Source: Trichomonas gallinae
Lineage: Eukaryota
Length of the DNA stretch: 45,575 bases
Assembly: GCA_008369845.1 (NCBI GenBank)
Contig: MRSU01003010.1
Span: 1-45,575, forward strand
Direction: 5' to 3'
Part shown: piece after piece, positions 10,211 to 21,338 of the stretch
Layout of the letters: every line of letters begins with the position of its first letter
How positions within the stretch are numbered: the stretch's first letter is position 1
The notes under the pieces: model-generated
Databases searched by the model: none
What the model was told of the DNA's origin: nothing
What the model saw: the letters and a program-made list of their open reading frames with translations, nothing else
Position numbers and translations under genes: made by a program

Positions 10211-10526
10211 ATGATTATCATTACCTGACAATCGACTCACTCGGCGAATCTGACATTTGCACACTGTGTCACATTCCTGAGAAGACTTCTATGAAGGAAC
10301 AGAACCTGATCATATAATTGAGATACGCAAAAAGCAATTTGCCATCAATGAAGCAGATTCTTTCTACTTGAAACTATGCATCTTTTCCAATATTCTTGAA
10401 TCAGCAGTTAAAACCTCTTTTCATTCTAATGAAAATAAGTTCCTTATTGAAGACACTTCATTTTTTAAGTGTTCTAGTTCATCGAATGGCGGCTGCATAT
10501 TTTTTTTACCCAGTAGGTTTTATTGA
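10211..10526 (+). pseudogene. Decayed N-terminal remnant of a trichomonad Pmp-like/right-handed beta-helix surface protein
   Basis: 81 stop-free codons with no ATG (10281-10523): S*EDFYEGTEP...FYLKLCIFSNI...FLIEDTSFFKCSSSSNGGCIFF. The TGA at 10278 sits where Trp is expected. GTCACTTT at 10200 and an out-of-frame ATG at 10211 lie upstream. Confidence 0.65.
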
Positions 10527-10563
10527 TAAAAATAATAATGAATAATAAAGAATAGAAATAAAT

Positions 10564-13500
10564 TTATTTTCCGTTGTCTGAGTCAGATCCGTCTAAATCT
10601 ACCCACCCGTTGTTTGACTCTCCACCTCTTACCTTCCTGGCGTTTCCGAATGTCTTAAGTGTGAATCTGCTTGCGTTCTCCTTCGCTTTGTTCATCTTCT
10701 CGAACTTCGCAGACAAAGCATCCATCTGCTCTGTTGTCAAAACTCTGAGAAGGTGTCTTCCTTCGTCTGTCTCTTTGAGCAGCTTCAAAGCGAACTCAGC
10801 TGGACGAGACTTCTGTATGTCGAATGTTGAAGCCATGCTTGCGAGCTTCTTAATCGCGATTCCCATGAACTTGTAGGAGTCAGAAGACAATGATGTGAAG
10901 AGCCACAACACGAGAATGGCGAAGTCTTCTGTCTCAGGTAGCTGAGAGTCATCTTTCAGCTTGCTGAGAATGAGCTTCGCTGCTGGAATAGTGTGCTGCC
11001 TCTGGAACAGTCTGCCGCATAATGTAACAACTCTGTCGCTGAAGTTTTCTGCGAGGAACTCTGCGACTTTGTCTGAGCACTTCTGTGTCGAAGAGACAAG
11101 TCTTCCGCACAGAATAACTTTCTTAATATTCTCTTCAACGGCGAGAACTTTTTCTTCGAAGATATCTGCCTTGGTGACTAAGAAAAGCAAAGTGCACAAG
11201 TGTTCGAACTTTGGACGCTTCACGAACAAGTCGAATATCTGTCTTCCGTTCTTCTCGATGAATTTCTTTGGTGCAACTTTGACAATTCTTGCATAAACTT
11301 CATCGTCATAAACTGCAGTGGCCACATATTCGTAGAACTCGTTCAAAAGTTTGTCGCCTTTTGTCAGCTGCCTTGAGAAAGCTCTCTCGAACAAGTAGGA
11401 CATCTCAGACTTCTTCGGGACGTTCTTCAAGCAGTCTGATCTGTAACTGTCGTCGAGTTTCTCGAGGTATTCGAATGTCGCAACAATTCCTCTAACAGCG
11501 GCGTCAATTCTCCACTTCTCAGTTGACTTAGATGATGTCTCAATGAGGAACTTGCAGAGTGTGTCGTATTCTACCTTCTGTGACTTGGTTGTTGCGAGAG
11601 CGAAAACCAACGCGACTAATATATCACCGAAGTAGTCGCTGAAGTCAGCTCTGAATTCTGCAGCTGTCTGCCAATGAGAATTAGGCGCTGATGCTCTGTT
11701 GAATACTCTAATGAAGCTGTCCTCGAATGATGTAGCGATTCTCTTCGCGCTGTCTAATGTGAGGTTGCTGTTTATGCATGTGGAGACAATATATGAAGCG
11801 AAGCATGTTCTCTCATTTGTATTTGGAGCTTTGATGATTCCTTCGACTATGTCGCTGATGTAATGAGCGACTTGTCCTGAGTTCATAATATAGCTGAAGT
11901 AGACTTTGAGGAATCTATCACTGATGTGAATATAGTTTAAGGCAGATCTTAAAGCGATTGCGAATTGGCTGTCGTAAACATCAAGCTTAATCACGTTGAC
12001 GAATGTGTCGATTATCTCTGCGAATCTGTTGAATGACTCCTGGAGCATCTGGTTATCGCTTGTCGATGATGTCACGACTTTGATGAGTGCTGTAATTGTG
12101 TCGTCGAGAGCCTCTGTGTCACCTACAGCTCTGATTCTGTTGATGAGTGGCTTCATGGCTCTTAAAACGCAGCGCTTTGTGTCATTTCTCGCTTCGATGG
12201 TTGTTCCTGGAACTGTTGAGTTCGTGATTACGTCTTTGACCAGATTAACCCAGTCCTTGACTTTCTTTGAAAACTGTGAGCAACTAATAACATACTCCTG
12301 GATTCTTCCTGTAGAGTAGATCTGTAAATGGAAAAGTGCTGTGTTCATGTATTCGAACTCGTCCTTCTGCATGTCGCAAATTGCGCCGCATGATCCAGAG
12401 ACTTCTATGCTGAATGAGCGCTTCGATGCCAGTTTCACTCTAGGCTTAGTGACAGTCTTGCGAGCGAAGTTCAGTGCCTGAGAAAGAGCCCTGAGATAGA
12501 AAGCGCGGCAGAATGGTGCCTTTGTTCCTGCCAAGCACTGAAGGGCTTCTCCAATAACAATAGCATTCATAGAGTCGTCTGTTGAAGAAACTAGTGGCAT
12601 CAGAGAGTTGAAGCATGTGCTAGCATAGTAGCAAACGACAGGATTCATCATCAATTTCGAGTTGAAAACATTGACTAAAAAGTGAAGTGAGCTTGCAGCG
12701 AGTGACTGAGAAACAGAAGAGAACTGGCAGGACTGGAATAGAACAGAAAGTCCGTAGAAGGCGTAGTGAGATCCTTCTGTCTTGCATATGTCGCAGAGCT
12801 CTTGGTGGATTTCTGTCAAGACGTTTTCATGTACGTCGCAGTTGAAAACAATTGCAGCGTCGAGAATTGCTTTCTGTCTTGTTGGCAGTTCTTGTTTGGC
12901 AGCTCTAACAGCCGCGAAAGCTTGAGGATGGACCTTGCAGAACCTTGAAATGACTTCAGAGCAAACGCAGACCTCGACATCATTTTCCATTTTAGCCATA
13001 AGTCTCATTAAAACGGATGTAGTGTCAGAGGGTAGTAGTCTGAGGCCTTCATTTGTCTTGGAGAGAGCAAAGAGAAGTCCGATCTTCACCGGCATGTCTG
13101 GTTCTCTTCCTTCGTTGTGCAAAAGGCGGGACATGTCGTGTTGCTCATCTGGCGCGTTTGTGACAACAGACGGGAATGTTTCGAACGCGTATTTTTCGAT
13201 GGAACTATGAGATAAGTGTAACGAGCAGCTGTTGACGAATTTGTAGCCGCTCTTACCTAAAATCTTGTCTACTGCGAGTGTTGATACATTCAACTTCGAT
13301 TCGTAGAAGTCGTGTGTGAAGTTAACTGCCATGTAAAAGTTCATTAATTTATCAAACATGAATTCGATGAGCTGGACCTTTGTAGCTATAAGACATGAAT
13401 ATGTCAGTGCTGTTGGTATCTGTGATGCGATTGGAAGCTGTAGATAGCAGTGCAAGAAAGGCAAAAATGATTTTGTTGTTTTTTCATTTGCCAAGAAACC

Positions 13501-14931
13501 GGCGACTGCAGAAATTAACAGCTTTAATTTGTTTGTTGTCTTTGTTGGATGCTCTAAGAACAGCAAAACAGTGTTCAAAGCTTGTTTAATTTTATCATCA
13601 GATGAAATCTTCAAAGCGCGAGCAGTTATGAACGCGCCAATGAAGCCACCTTTGAATATTTTGTCTGACGTAAAGTTTGTATCCTGGAATTTACCAAGAT
13701 TGTCGCAGATTTCTTGTGTTAATAATGATTTATTGTTGAGAATAAGTGTTCCGCAGACCAGTGATATTGCAACGAGGTGCTGGTTGAGATTTTGATACTG
13801 TTCTGGCGGATAAGCCAAGAAAATAGAAGAAGACATTAATAATTCGCGAGAAAGTTCGATATTCTTTGTTGCGAGGTCTTCGTAGAACGAGAGAATGTTG
13901 GTGATATCATCTTTGCCTTCGACAATGAGCTTGCTTGCGATGGCTGCGACTGTTCTATCCGTATCAGTATCATATGATAAATGTCTCAAAAGTAAAAGTT
14001 GGTCGTCGCTTTCTTTTTCCTTCTCAATTCTCTCGAAAAGCTGCTTCTTGGTGTCAATGGAAAGCAGAGAAGTGAATGTTTGCACGTAAGATTTATCTTT
14101 TGTTTTAACAAGTCTGAGAAGAGAGGCGGCATTCTTGTTGAGGACTGTGTTATTGATAAACTGACAGAATTTAGTTAAGATTGGCGTGCAATTGTTAATG
14201 AAACAAAGTTCGCTGACGATTTCCTTCATTCCATCAGGTTTCGGCAAAAGCGCGAGTAAAACATCTGCAACATAGCATGCAGCCTTCTCTTGTACAAATC
14301 TAGTTGGAGATTCATTGTAAATTAAAAGGGCGGACTTTAATAATCGATCTGGTGAATGAATTTTTGATTTAATCAGCTTGCGGAGTATTTTAATCGAGTA
14401 TAATTTAACGAAAATAGATGGATTATGATGATTCGCTTCAACATATGAATAAAAATTTTTGGCATACTTTTTAACTTCGTTGAAAGTCACCTTGATGATG
14501 TAGTTTAGGGCAAAAAGCGCTGAATCCGTGTGCTGCTTCTTGACTTTCAGTATTGATTCTGTTAAACTATTCATCATTGCTTTATTTTTATCTCCTACTT
14601 CGTTAACTACGAATCCTATGGTGAAGTATGATGTTTGTGACGGATTTTTTTGAACATATGTAACTAAATTGAAAATTTTTGGTGCATTCTGCAAATTATA
14701 AAGAAATACGAAGCACTCGCTTAGTCTATGGCAGAACTGCATTGAAAGTGTGCCTCCATTGATGCCCATTAAACCGATTAAAGCTTCTTCGAGTTGAACA
14801 ATTTGTTTCTCTTCGAGATTCGATGGAACTGTAGTCTCAAAGTTAGCGAGTTTTTCGGATAGAATCTGTTCGGCTGGCTGAAGCTTTTTCTGCTTTGCTA
14901 AAAAGCCTAAGCTAGAAATCAAAAAATCCAT
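10564..14931 (-). CDS. Large HEAT/ARM alpha-solenoid protein, possibly HEATR5/Laa1-like (AP-1 accessory factor)
   Basis: 1455-aa ORF with helical amphipathic character. N-terminal QLEEALIGLM...CHRLSECFVFLY and C-terminal TLKTF resemble HEATR5/Laa1. Inr-like TCATT at 14953-14957. CDS is certain; family call is moderate. Confidence 0.6.
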   Translation of the reverse strand: MDFLISSLGFLAKQKKLQPAEQILSEKLANFETTVPSNLEEKQIVQLEEALIGLMGINGGTLSMQFCHRLSECFVFLYNLQNAPKIFNLVTYVQKNPSQTSYFTIGFVVNEVGDKNKAMMNSLTESILKVKKQHTDSALFALNYIIKVTFNEVKKYAKNFYSYVEANHHNPSIFVKLYSIKILRKLIKSKIHSPDRLLKSALLIYNESPTRFVQEKAACYVADVLLALLPKPDGMKEIVSELCFINNCTPILTKFCQFINNTVLNKNAASLLRLVKTKDKSYVQTFTSLLSIDTKKQLFERIEKEKESDDQLLLLRHLSYDTDTDRTVAAIASKLIVEGKDDITNILSFYEDLATKNIELSRELLMSSSIFLAYPPEQYQNLNQHLVAISLVCGTLILNNKSLLTQEICDNLGKFQDTNFTSDKIFKGGFIGAFITARALKISSDDKIKQALNTVLLFLEHPTKTTNKLKLLISAVAGFLANEKTTKSFLPFLHCYLQLPIASQIPTALTYSCLIATKVQLIEFMFDKLMNFYMAVNFTHDFYESKLNVSTLAVDKILGKSGYKFVNSCSLHLSHSSIEKYAFETFPSVVTNAPDEQHDMSRLLHNEGREPDMPVKIGLLFALSKTNEGLRLLPSDTTSVLMRLMAKMENDVEVCVCSEVISRFCKVHPQAFAAVRAAKQELPTRQKAILDAAIVFNCDVHENVLTEIHQELCDICKTEGSHYAFYGLSVLFQSCQFSSVSQSLAASSLHFLVNVFNSKLMMNPVVCYYASTCFNSLMPLVSSTDDSMNAIVIGEALQCLAGTKAPFCRAFYLRALSQALNFARKTVTKPRVKLASKRSFSIEVSGSCGAICDMQKDEFEYMNTALFHLQIYSTGRIQEYVISCSQFSKKVKDWVNLVKDVITNSTVPGTTIEARNDTKRCVLRAMKPLINRIRAVGDTEALDDTITALIKVVTSSTSDNQMLQESFNRFAEIIDTFVNVIKLDVYDSQFAIALRSALNYIHISDRFLKVYFSYIMNSGQVAHYISDIVEGIIKAPNTNERTCFASYIVSTCINSNLTLDSAKRIATSFEDSFIRVFNRASAPNSHWQTAAEFRADFSDYFGDILVALVFALATTKSQKVEYDTLCKFLIETSSKSTEKWRIDAAVRGIVATFEYLEKLDDSYRSDCLKNVPKKSEMSYLFERAFSRQLTKGDKLLNEFYEYVATAVYDDEVYARIVKVAPKKFIEKNGRQIFDLFVKRPKFEHLCTLLFLVTKADIFEEKVLAVEENIKKVILCGRLVSSTQKCSDKVAEFLAENFSDRVVTLCGRLFQRQHTIPAAKLILSKLKDDSQLPETEDFAILVLWLFTSLSSDSYKFMGIAIKKLASMASTFDIQKSRPAEFALKLLKETDEGRHLLRVLTTEQMDALSAKFEKMNKAKENASRFTLKTFGNARKVRGGESNNGWVDLDGSDSDNGK

Positions 14932-15408
14932 TTTAAAATTTTCTTACTATAAAATGAATAAAATCTGAATAAATAACTCCTTAAGATGTTATTTATCTAA
15001 TTATTTTGTCCAATTGCAAAGGAAATTATCCCTTTCAAATTAATTAATTCAAATTTTATTTGGAAAATTCGACAATTACACTCATTACCTTATTTTATAA
15101 TGGAATATGACTTTATTTCGAAAACTTTTCAAAAACAAATGATTAAATTACTAAATTTTTATAAAATTTTAGTTTTTTTATGTGATTTTTCAAAGAAATT
15201 AAAGAATTTATAATGAAAATCCTTGTATTTTATGTATTGATATCACATATCTAATAAAAATTTGGTTAATAAAATTGACTGTCACTTTTGTTTATTGTAA
15301 AGAAAATTAGTCGAATTATTTTATTTACAAGCTTATTTATATTAATTTCCAGTTTCTAGTTTTTTCAATAAATTTCTATCGTAAAATTATCACTCAATTC
15401 AGCCTTGC

Positions 15409-17337
15409 ATGTCTAGCAGCCTTGCTCCGGACTCATCTGAATCTAAAGTGAAGGATTCAGAGCTCCCGGAAGCCAAGCCCCCTAAAACAAGTGATTCCAC
15501 TGCGGAAAAACCGAAGCAGAAGGAAGATAAACCTAAAAGGGGGAGAAAAAAGGGCCCAAAATACATATGGGTGAACGTAAATCAAGCCTACTATCCTCTA
15601 GTTAGAGAAGCATTGGAATCGTTCGGTTTCAAAATTACGGAATCAGACACGAAAGCAAATTTATTTTGGATTAATGCGAATGGATCAACAGAAACTGCAT
15701 CAGAACTTCTTCCTTACCAGTTCTACAATCATTTTCCAGGTACAGTTTCTATATCAAGAAAAGTTGATTGTGCGAAAAATTTAGAAACAGTTTCACACTT
15801 GATGCCAGAAGCTTACTCATTCAACCCACAGACTTACATACTACCACTACAATATAACGATCTAAAAAATTATATGTTGTCGATAAAGAGTTCGTTAAAA
15901 CGTACATTCATTATCAAACCTGACAAAGGATCACTTGGAAAAGGTATTTTCCTTATTCAAGATCCAAATCAAGTACAGGATTATGTAGAGCCAGCTATCG
16001 CACAAAGATATATCGATCCATTTCTTATCGATGGTTTGAAATTCGATTTACGCATCTACGCTCTAATCACTTCTATAGAGCCATTAAGATTATACATACA
16101 TAATGAAGGTTTAGCAAGGTTTTGCACGGAACCTTATAATGATCCAAAACCTGATAATCTAGATTTAGTGTATTCACACCTTACAAACTACAGCCTTAAC
16201 AAGAAGAACGAGCACTTCCACGCTAATGAAATCGTGGAAGAGGAAGAGAAAGGCCATAAAAGATCTCTCGAATCAATTTTCGAAGCTGTTAAGAAAAGTG
16301 GACATGATCCAGATAAACTAAAGCATGAGATAGATGAAGTGGTGAGACTAACAATCGCTTCCGTGCAACATTATATTGCATCTCAATACAGAATCGGCGT
16401 TGCGTACAACGATGGTAAGAGCCGCTGCTTTGAAATACTAGGTTTCGATATTTTACTCGATAAAGACTGCAAACCTTGGCTTCTAGAAGTCAACAATAAA
16501 CCTTCCATGGGCGCAGACTCATCTTTCGATCGCGAAGTTAAGACATCTGTGATACATGGTGCTATGCATATCATAAATCTGCAGCCAAACTTCAAGAAAT
16601 CCGTTGGACAGAGAATTATGGATTTATCAAAGACAAGAAATAATAATGCAAGGGCGAATACATTCTTTGATCCAGAAGGAGAATCACAGCGTGCTAAAGA
16701 GACACAATGGAGACAGCTTTATCCAGTTTTGGAAGGAGATACTTCAGTTATTGATCAAGCTCTTGTTGCTGCAGCTCAGGCTAATGGATATAAGCGAAAG
16801 GATAAAATTGTTCCATCTTCTTCACAAAATTCCGTTCAAATTTCGCAAAAAGAATTAAGAGATCCACCACCACCTTCAATTCCTCAAGCACAGACGATTT
16901 TGCATAGCCCAATAAAGAAGAGGATCATTCATAAGATCATTAAGCCTGTACAGCGTCAAGAACCAAAACCAATAACATCAAATTCAACGACAAGAGTGAT
17001 TCAACGCCCGATAAGACAAGCATTGCCTCAATTCAAGGCAGATGAATCACCAATGATCACACAAATGAAAGGATTTCCACCAAATATTATTATTGATGAG
17101 GAAGAAAAGGAAAGAATCAAAGCTCTCAAGCAACAAGCTGCCATTGCTGGTTCTCAGACGACATACCAGCGCGTCAAGAATATTATCAATTCAGTTGGAG
17201 CCGGTCCAAAGAGAGTTGATCCACAGCTTCCAATTCAGCCAGTCATAGGCCAGAGTTTCTCAATAAGACCTCCAGATAGACCGTTTGCAAAGTCATTCGT
17301 TTTCAGGTCTTATAATTTACCTGATTTAGTTGTATAA
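15409..17337 (+). CDS. Tubulin-tyrosine ligase-like protein (TTLL6/7-type polyglutamylase-like)
   Basis: YNHFPG, FIIKPDKGSLGKGI, QRYIDPFLIDGLKFDLRIY, GLARFCTEPY, HLTNYSLNK, CFEILGFDILLD and PWLLEVN motifs. Inr TCACT at 15390-15394. Confidence 0.93.
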   Translation: MSSSLAPDSSESKVKDSELPEAKPPKTSDSTAEKPKQKEDKPKRGRKKGPKYIWVNVNQAYYPLVREALESFGFKITESDTKANLFWINANGSTETASELLPYQFYNHFPGTVSISRKVDCAKNLETVSHLMPEAYSFNPQTYILPLQYNDLKNYMLSIKSSLKRTFIIKPDKGSLGKGIFLIQDPNQVQDYVEPAIAQRYIDPFLIDGLKFDLRIYALITSIEPLRLYIHNEGLARFCTEPYNDPKPDNLDLVYSHLTNYSLNKKNEHFHANEIVEEEEKGHKRSLESIFEAVKKSGHDPDKLKHEIDEVVRLTIASVQHYIASQYRIGVAYNDGKSRCFEILGFDILLDKDCKPWLLEVNNKPSMGADSSFDREVKTSVIHGAMHIINLQPNFKKSVGQRIMDLSKTRNNNARANTFFDPEGESQRAKETQWRQLYPVLEGDTSVIDQALVAAAQANGYKRKDKIVPSSSQNSVQISQKELRDPPPPSIPQAQTILHSPIKKRIIHKIIKPVQRQEPKPITSNSTTRVIQRPIRQALPQFKADESPMITQMKGFPPNIIIDEEEKERIKALKQQAAIAGSQTTYQRVKNIINSVGAGPKRVDPQLPIQPVIGQSFSIRPPDRPFAKSFVFRSYNLPDLVV

Positions 17338-17534
17338 ATTTTTTTGTATGTTTGTTTTTTTGCTGAAATCAATCATTTTTCACACACATCTATCTATAAC
17401 ACATATTCACAATATTACAAATATAATTTTCAAAAATAACGAAAATATATTTTTCTTTAAAATAGATAATTAACTGTGGAAATAAAAATATTGGATATTA
17501 GCTTAATAGTGGTTAATCAAACATGTAATAAGTT

Positions 17535-18143
17535 TTAAATAAGAATTGCATCAGAAGTATCTCTACCTTTGATGGTAAACTTGGGGCCACTGAAAGTGCT
17601 TCCAAGAGCGACATATCCAGGAAGTTCTTGTTTCTTTTCAATATCGTGTCTAAGTCCAATCATGATTTTTCTTGGACTGTGTATTGTGTTTGAGTAGTCT
17701 GGACAATAAGCAGCAGGTCCAGGACTCATGTTGCTAGTCATATCCACACTGCGCCTCGCTCCAATTTTAATAGGAGAAAGAGTTCTTGCTGTTTTGACGT
17801 CATATTGTCCTGGACCAGGATTATCGTTGATTTTCGCTGGTCTAGCACAGTGTCCTATGGATATACCTCTCGCTGTCTTTGCCAGGCTTGGCGGGTCGTA
17901 ATTTGGGCCTGGAGATGTTTCTCTTATTTTTTCATATCTACGCGGCGCTATTGTGTATTTTGGAGCGTTTCCAAATGTAGATGGCAGTGAAACGAACTCT
18001 CCACCTTGCTTAACGGGTTCTGGTGATCCTCTTCCTCTGATGGAATATCTCGGCGAGTTACTACGCGGCTGTATATAGTATGCTGCTGGGCCTGGTGTAG
18101 ATATAACGCTTGATTTAGAGACGTGAACTAATATTCTTGTCAT
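17535..18143 (-). CDS. SHIPPO/ODF3/STPG-type PGP-repeat axonemal protein
   Basis: Repeats STPGPAAY, SPGPNY, NPGPGQY and SPGPAAY, each followed by P(R/K)(Y/F)(S/T)I-like segments. Confidence 0.8.
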   Translation of the reverse strand: MTRILVHVSKSSVISTPGPAAYYIQPRSNSPRYSIRGRGSPEPVKQGGEFVSLPSTFGNAPKYTIAPRRYEKIRETSPGPNYDPPSLAKTARGISIGHCARPAKINDNPGPGQYDVKTARTLSPIKIGARRSVDMTSNMSPGPAAYCPDYSNTIHSPRKIMIGLRHDIEKKQELPGYVALGSTFSGPKFTIKGRDTSDAILI

Positions 18144-18684
18144 ATCTTTGCAAATCTAAAGTATTGATAGAACATATTGAATTTTTTGTGAAAGGAAAAT
18201 TGATCTTTACATTATATGTTATTTTTTGCTTCATTTTGACCGAACAACAAAATGCTAATTATCGGGAGATAATCGAAAACTAATAGAATTTTTCTCAATT
18301 TACACGACAAAATATTAATAATGATATAATTTCAACATCAAACATGCATTACTGAAACCATATATTATAAAGTACCTATTATTTGTGCTTTCTCTACTAT
18401 ATTCTTATATTTAACTTGGCAAACAGCATACTTTGTTCAATATTGAATATTTTTTAATTTTTAATACTAAAATTTCTTTAATGTCATAAGTTAAGCATAG
18501 TATGAGGTGAATATATATATGAAATACTATGATTTTAGCGCAATGACATCTTCTTTCGATAGTATTTTAAAAAGAAATTTTATTAAATTTGTCAAGTAAA
18601 GTAATTTTTTGTCAAGTAAATATATTAAATTGAATTATTTTTGACACGTAAAATACCAATTTTTGTCAATCAAAATTTATAAAG

Positions 18685-20223
18685 ATGGATAATTCTAATA
18701 CATGGGTTGATAGAGTGAAACGCTATGCTGTATCCCAATTTCTTCCACCAATGACATTGAATCCATTACTCGGCGATTATTTGATCCATAACACTCCATT
18801 ATATAATGTTTCAAATACTGTGCTAATGGATGGTGTTTGGAACGCATTCAATGGAAGTTTCCTTTCTTGGGTGATTTCTAGTAAGGATTCTGGTAGTATT
18901 ATTCGCCAATCTGTTGCTGGTGCGAATCGCTATCACCGATATTCATCAACAAGAACAATTTCGTTTATTGATTATTTATTATCATTACTAATTAGTCAAA
19001 CAAATCTCAGTATTACACATTTCTCGCCAGAAAAATCATTAATTCGTGCTGCACGCAGATTTAATTTGACTTGTCAACGAAATGGGGGCATTTATTTCGA
19101 AAAGAAGAAAGTTATTGCTGAAATAATCAAGGCAGGAAACCTCATACCAGAAAATATCGACTTCGAAAAGGATTCAACAATTCGCCAGATTCTCAACTTA
19201 AATCAAGAATTACCAAAAACCGACAATTCCATCTCGAATCAATGCATAAAACTCTTTGAGAAAGAATTTGATGCCAGTTTTGCAACATTTTTCGAAAAAT
19301 TCGATTTAATTTCATCAAAAATTACTGATGGAGTTTGCATTTTCAATGCTTCTCTTAAAGGTGGCGTTCCTGTTTCAGTTACAGTCTTTCTTCCTCGTGA
19401 AATGAGAATGCAATTCATTGATTCAATTCCTTCTACAATAACCAAGTATTTCCTTGAGTGCATACCATTTACAGGCAGCATTAGCGGGTTCACTGATGCG
19501 TTGCAGCAGAGAGCTTACTTTGCGCTTAAGAATGAATCTGATGTTCGTACAGCTTTGCTCACACGTCTTGGTGTTAAATTTGAAGGCTCTCCACAAGAAA
19601 TTGTCGAGAATGCCGAGAAAGTTGACTTCCCATTCGACATTGCTGTTCCAATTCCGAAATTAACAACGAAACACTTTATGATTACATCAAGAATTCCAAC
19701 AGAATCACCAAAGATCATTGCAAAAGAGTGGGTTTATAAGCTTGCTGAAGGTACAGCTCGCGCTTTATTTGATCATAATATTTTAATTCCAAATGTTTCG
19801 AGTTCAAATATAGTTTCAGCTCATGGAAAATGTTCACTTCTTAGATTTTCAGGTGGTTGCACTCCAAATCCTGCTTTCCTGAATAATGCTTCCAAATTAT
19901 TTATTGCTAAAGTCACAAATAACAAGACAATTATTCCAGAGATTGCTAAAAGCATGGGTGTTGGCTTCCGCAAACTTGATACATTTGTTAATGAACCAAC
20001 ATTCTGGAATGCGCTTCCACTCTGTAGGAAATATGCACCAGAGATGCTTGCTATCACAGAAATGTTCAGTGGCTTGATCAATAACGCTAGAAGTGCAGGC
20101 CTTGACGGACAAATCTTTGAACCATTTGCAAAAAAGATTTGCGAGGTTTCTCCTCAATCAAATGTTACACCAAACTTAATCGTTGACTATATGAATAATA
20201 TTGTAAGTACAAAGTTCGAATGA
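18685..20223 (+). CDS. Hypothetical protein resembling a highly degenerate ABC1/UbiB/ADCK atypical kinase (likely pseudokinase)
   Basis: Collinear resemblance to ABC1 blocks: RAARRF...CQRNGGIYF, FEKEF...FFEKFD, NASLKGGVPVSVTVFLP, VPIPKLTTKHFMITSRI and LFDHNILIPNVSSSNI...GKCSLLRFS. Catalytic residues are absent. Confidence 0.55.
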   Translation: MDNSNTWVDRVKRYAVSQFLPPMTLNPLLGDYLIHNTPLYNVSNTVLMDGVWNAFNGSFLSWVISSKDSGSIIRQSVAGANRYHRYSSTRTISFIDYLLSLLISQTNLSITHFSPEKSLIRAARRFNLTCQRNGGIYFEKKKVIAEIIKAGNLIPENIDFEKDSTIRQILNLNQELPKTDNSISNQCIKLFEKEFDASFATFFEKFDLISSKITDGVCIFNASLKGGVPVSVTVFLPREMRMQFIDSIPSTITKYFLECIPFTGSISGFTDALQQRAYFALKNESDVRTALLTRLGVKFEGSPQEIVENAEKVDFPFDIAVPIPKLTTKHFMITSRIPTESPKIIAKEWVYKLAEGTARALFDHNILIPNVSSSNIVSAHGKCSLLRFSGGCTPNPAFLNNASKLFIAKVTNNKTIIPEIAKSMGVGFRKLDTFVNEPTFWNALPLCRKYAPEMLAITEMFSGLINNARSAGLDGQIFEPFAKKICEVSPQSNVTPNLIVDYMNNIVSTKFE

Positions 20224-21338
20224 AAAATGTTTATTAAAGATCTTTCATATTTTTTCTTTACCTATTTATAAGATATATTTTTAACTTCAATCCATTGATC
20301 CCTGTGATACAATTTACATTAGTAGCTCTTATCAATATTCATTATAATGTCGTTATAAATTAAAGATAAATATGAATTGTTAATTAAGAATATTTATTAT
20401 AAGTTTTGCTGTTATGAAGTCATATACTGCTTATGGGTCACATTTCAAAGTTATTTAAAAAAACATTTCAAAATGTTTTGGATTTCTTTTCTGGTTGATT
20501 TTACAGTTGAAGGAAGTTCAAATAAGACATAACAAATATTAATATTAGTTAAAGCTATGAAATCCAAAAATAATGAATGATGCAACAGAGAAGACAAGTA
20601 GTGTCAGATTGGCGATATTTTACATGACAAAAAACTAGCTTTACAATATTTTTTAAAACATTGACCAATCAATAGCCATGAATAAATAACAGCTGAAAGA
20701 TCAAAAACTCTTGAAAATTATTGAATACCCGTAAAAAAAAAAATTCAATGAGGAGGTTAAAAAGAGTTTTATTACATATTTCAATAAAGGTAGCAGAATT
20801 AATACGTTCTTGGTAATCGAATAAATTGAACAAAAGAATAACTTTTGATAACTTAATATAGTTGGTCAACCATAACAATATGGTTAATTTTAAAGTTGCC
20901 GCAGTGATTTGTAAAAATTATTCATCCATTCAAAATTTTCCATCACGCGCATAAAAATTAACATATTCAAGACAATCATACGAATACATCAAAATATTCA
21001 TGCCGTGCTTCATTTCAAAAATGTGAGATTTGATAGAAATGTAAAAATATGGTATTGATTATATTAACATTTAGCATTATTTTTCAAAGAGTAAATAATT
21101 CTGTTAAAATTTCCATATCATGTATTTATTATCATAATCATATTATTCATATGCGAAAATTCCAATTCAAAATTTTCAATACACGCAATGAATTGCCGCA
21201 CAAATTTCTGTGTGTGAAAAAATTTTCTAAGCAATCTTGGTTTTTTATTTATTTTATGTTAAAATACGCTATATCTATGATAGTTTTATTTTTGATCTCC
21301 GATTTGAGAGAATAATAATCGTTCATTTTTTTAGAAAA

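Noticed and set aside
20585..20594. ACAGAGAAGA resembling the U6 snRNA box
   Set aside because: The following sequence lacks TTAGCATGGC and the U6 internal stem-loop.
20669..21315. AT-rich ORFs 20669-20878 and 21049-21315 and a possibly decayed + strand frame near 20678-20850
   Set aside because: Multiple stops or F/I/K/N-rich composition typical of non-coding DNA; no family recognised.
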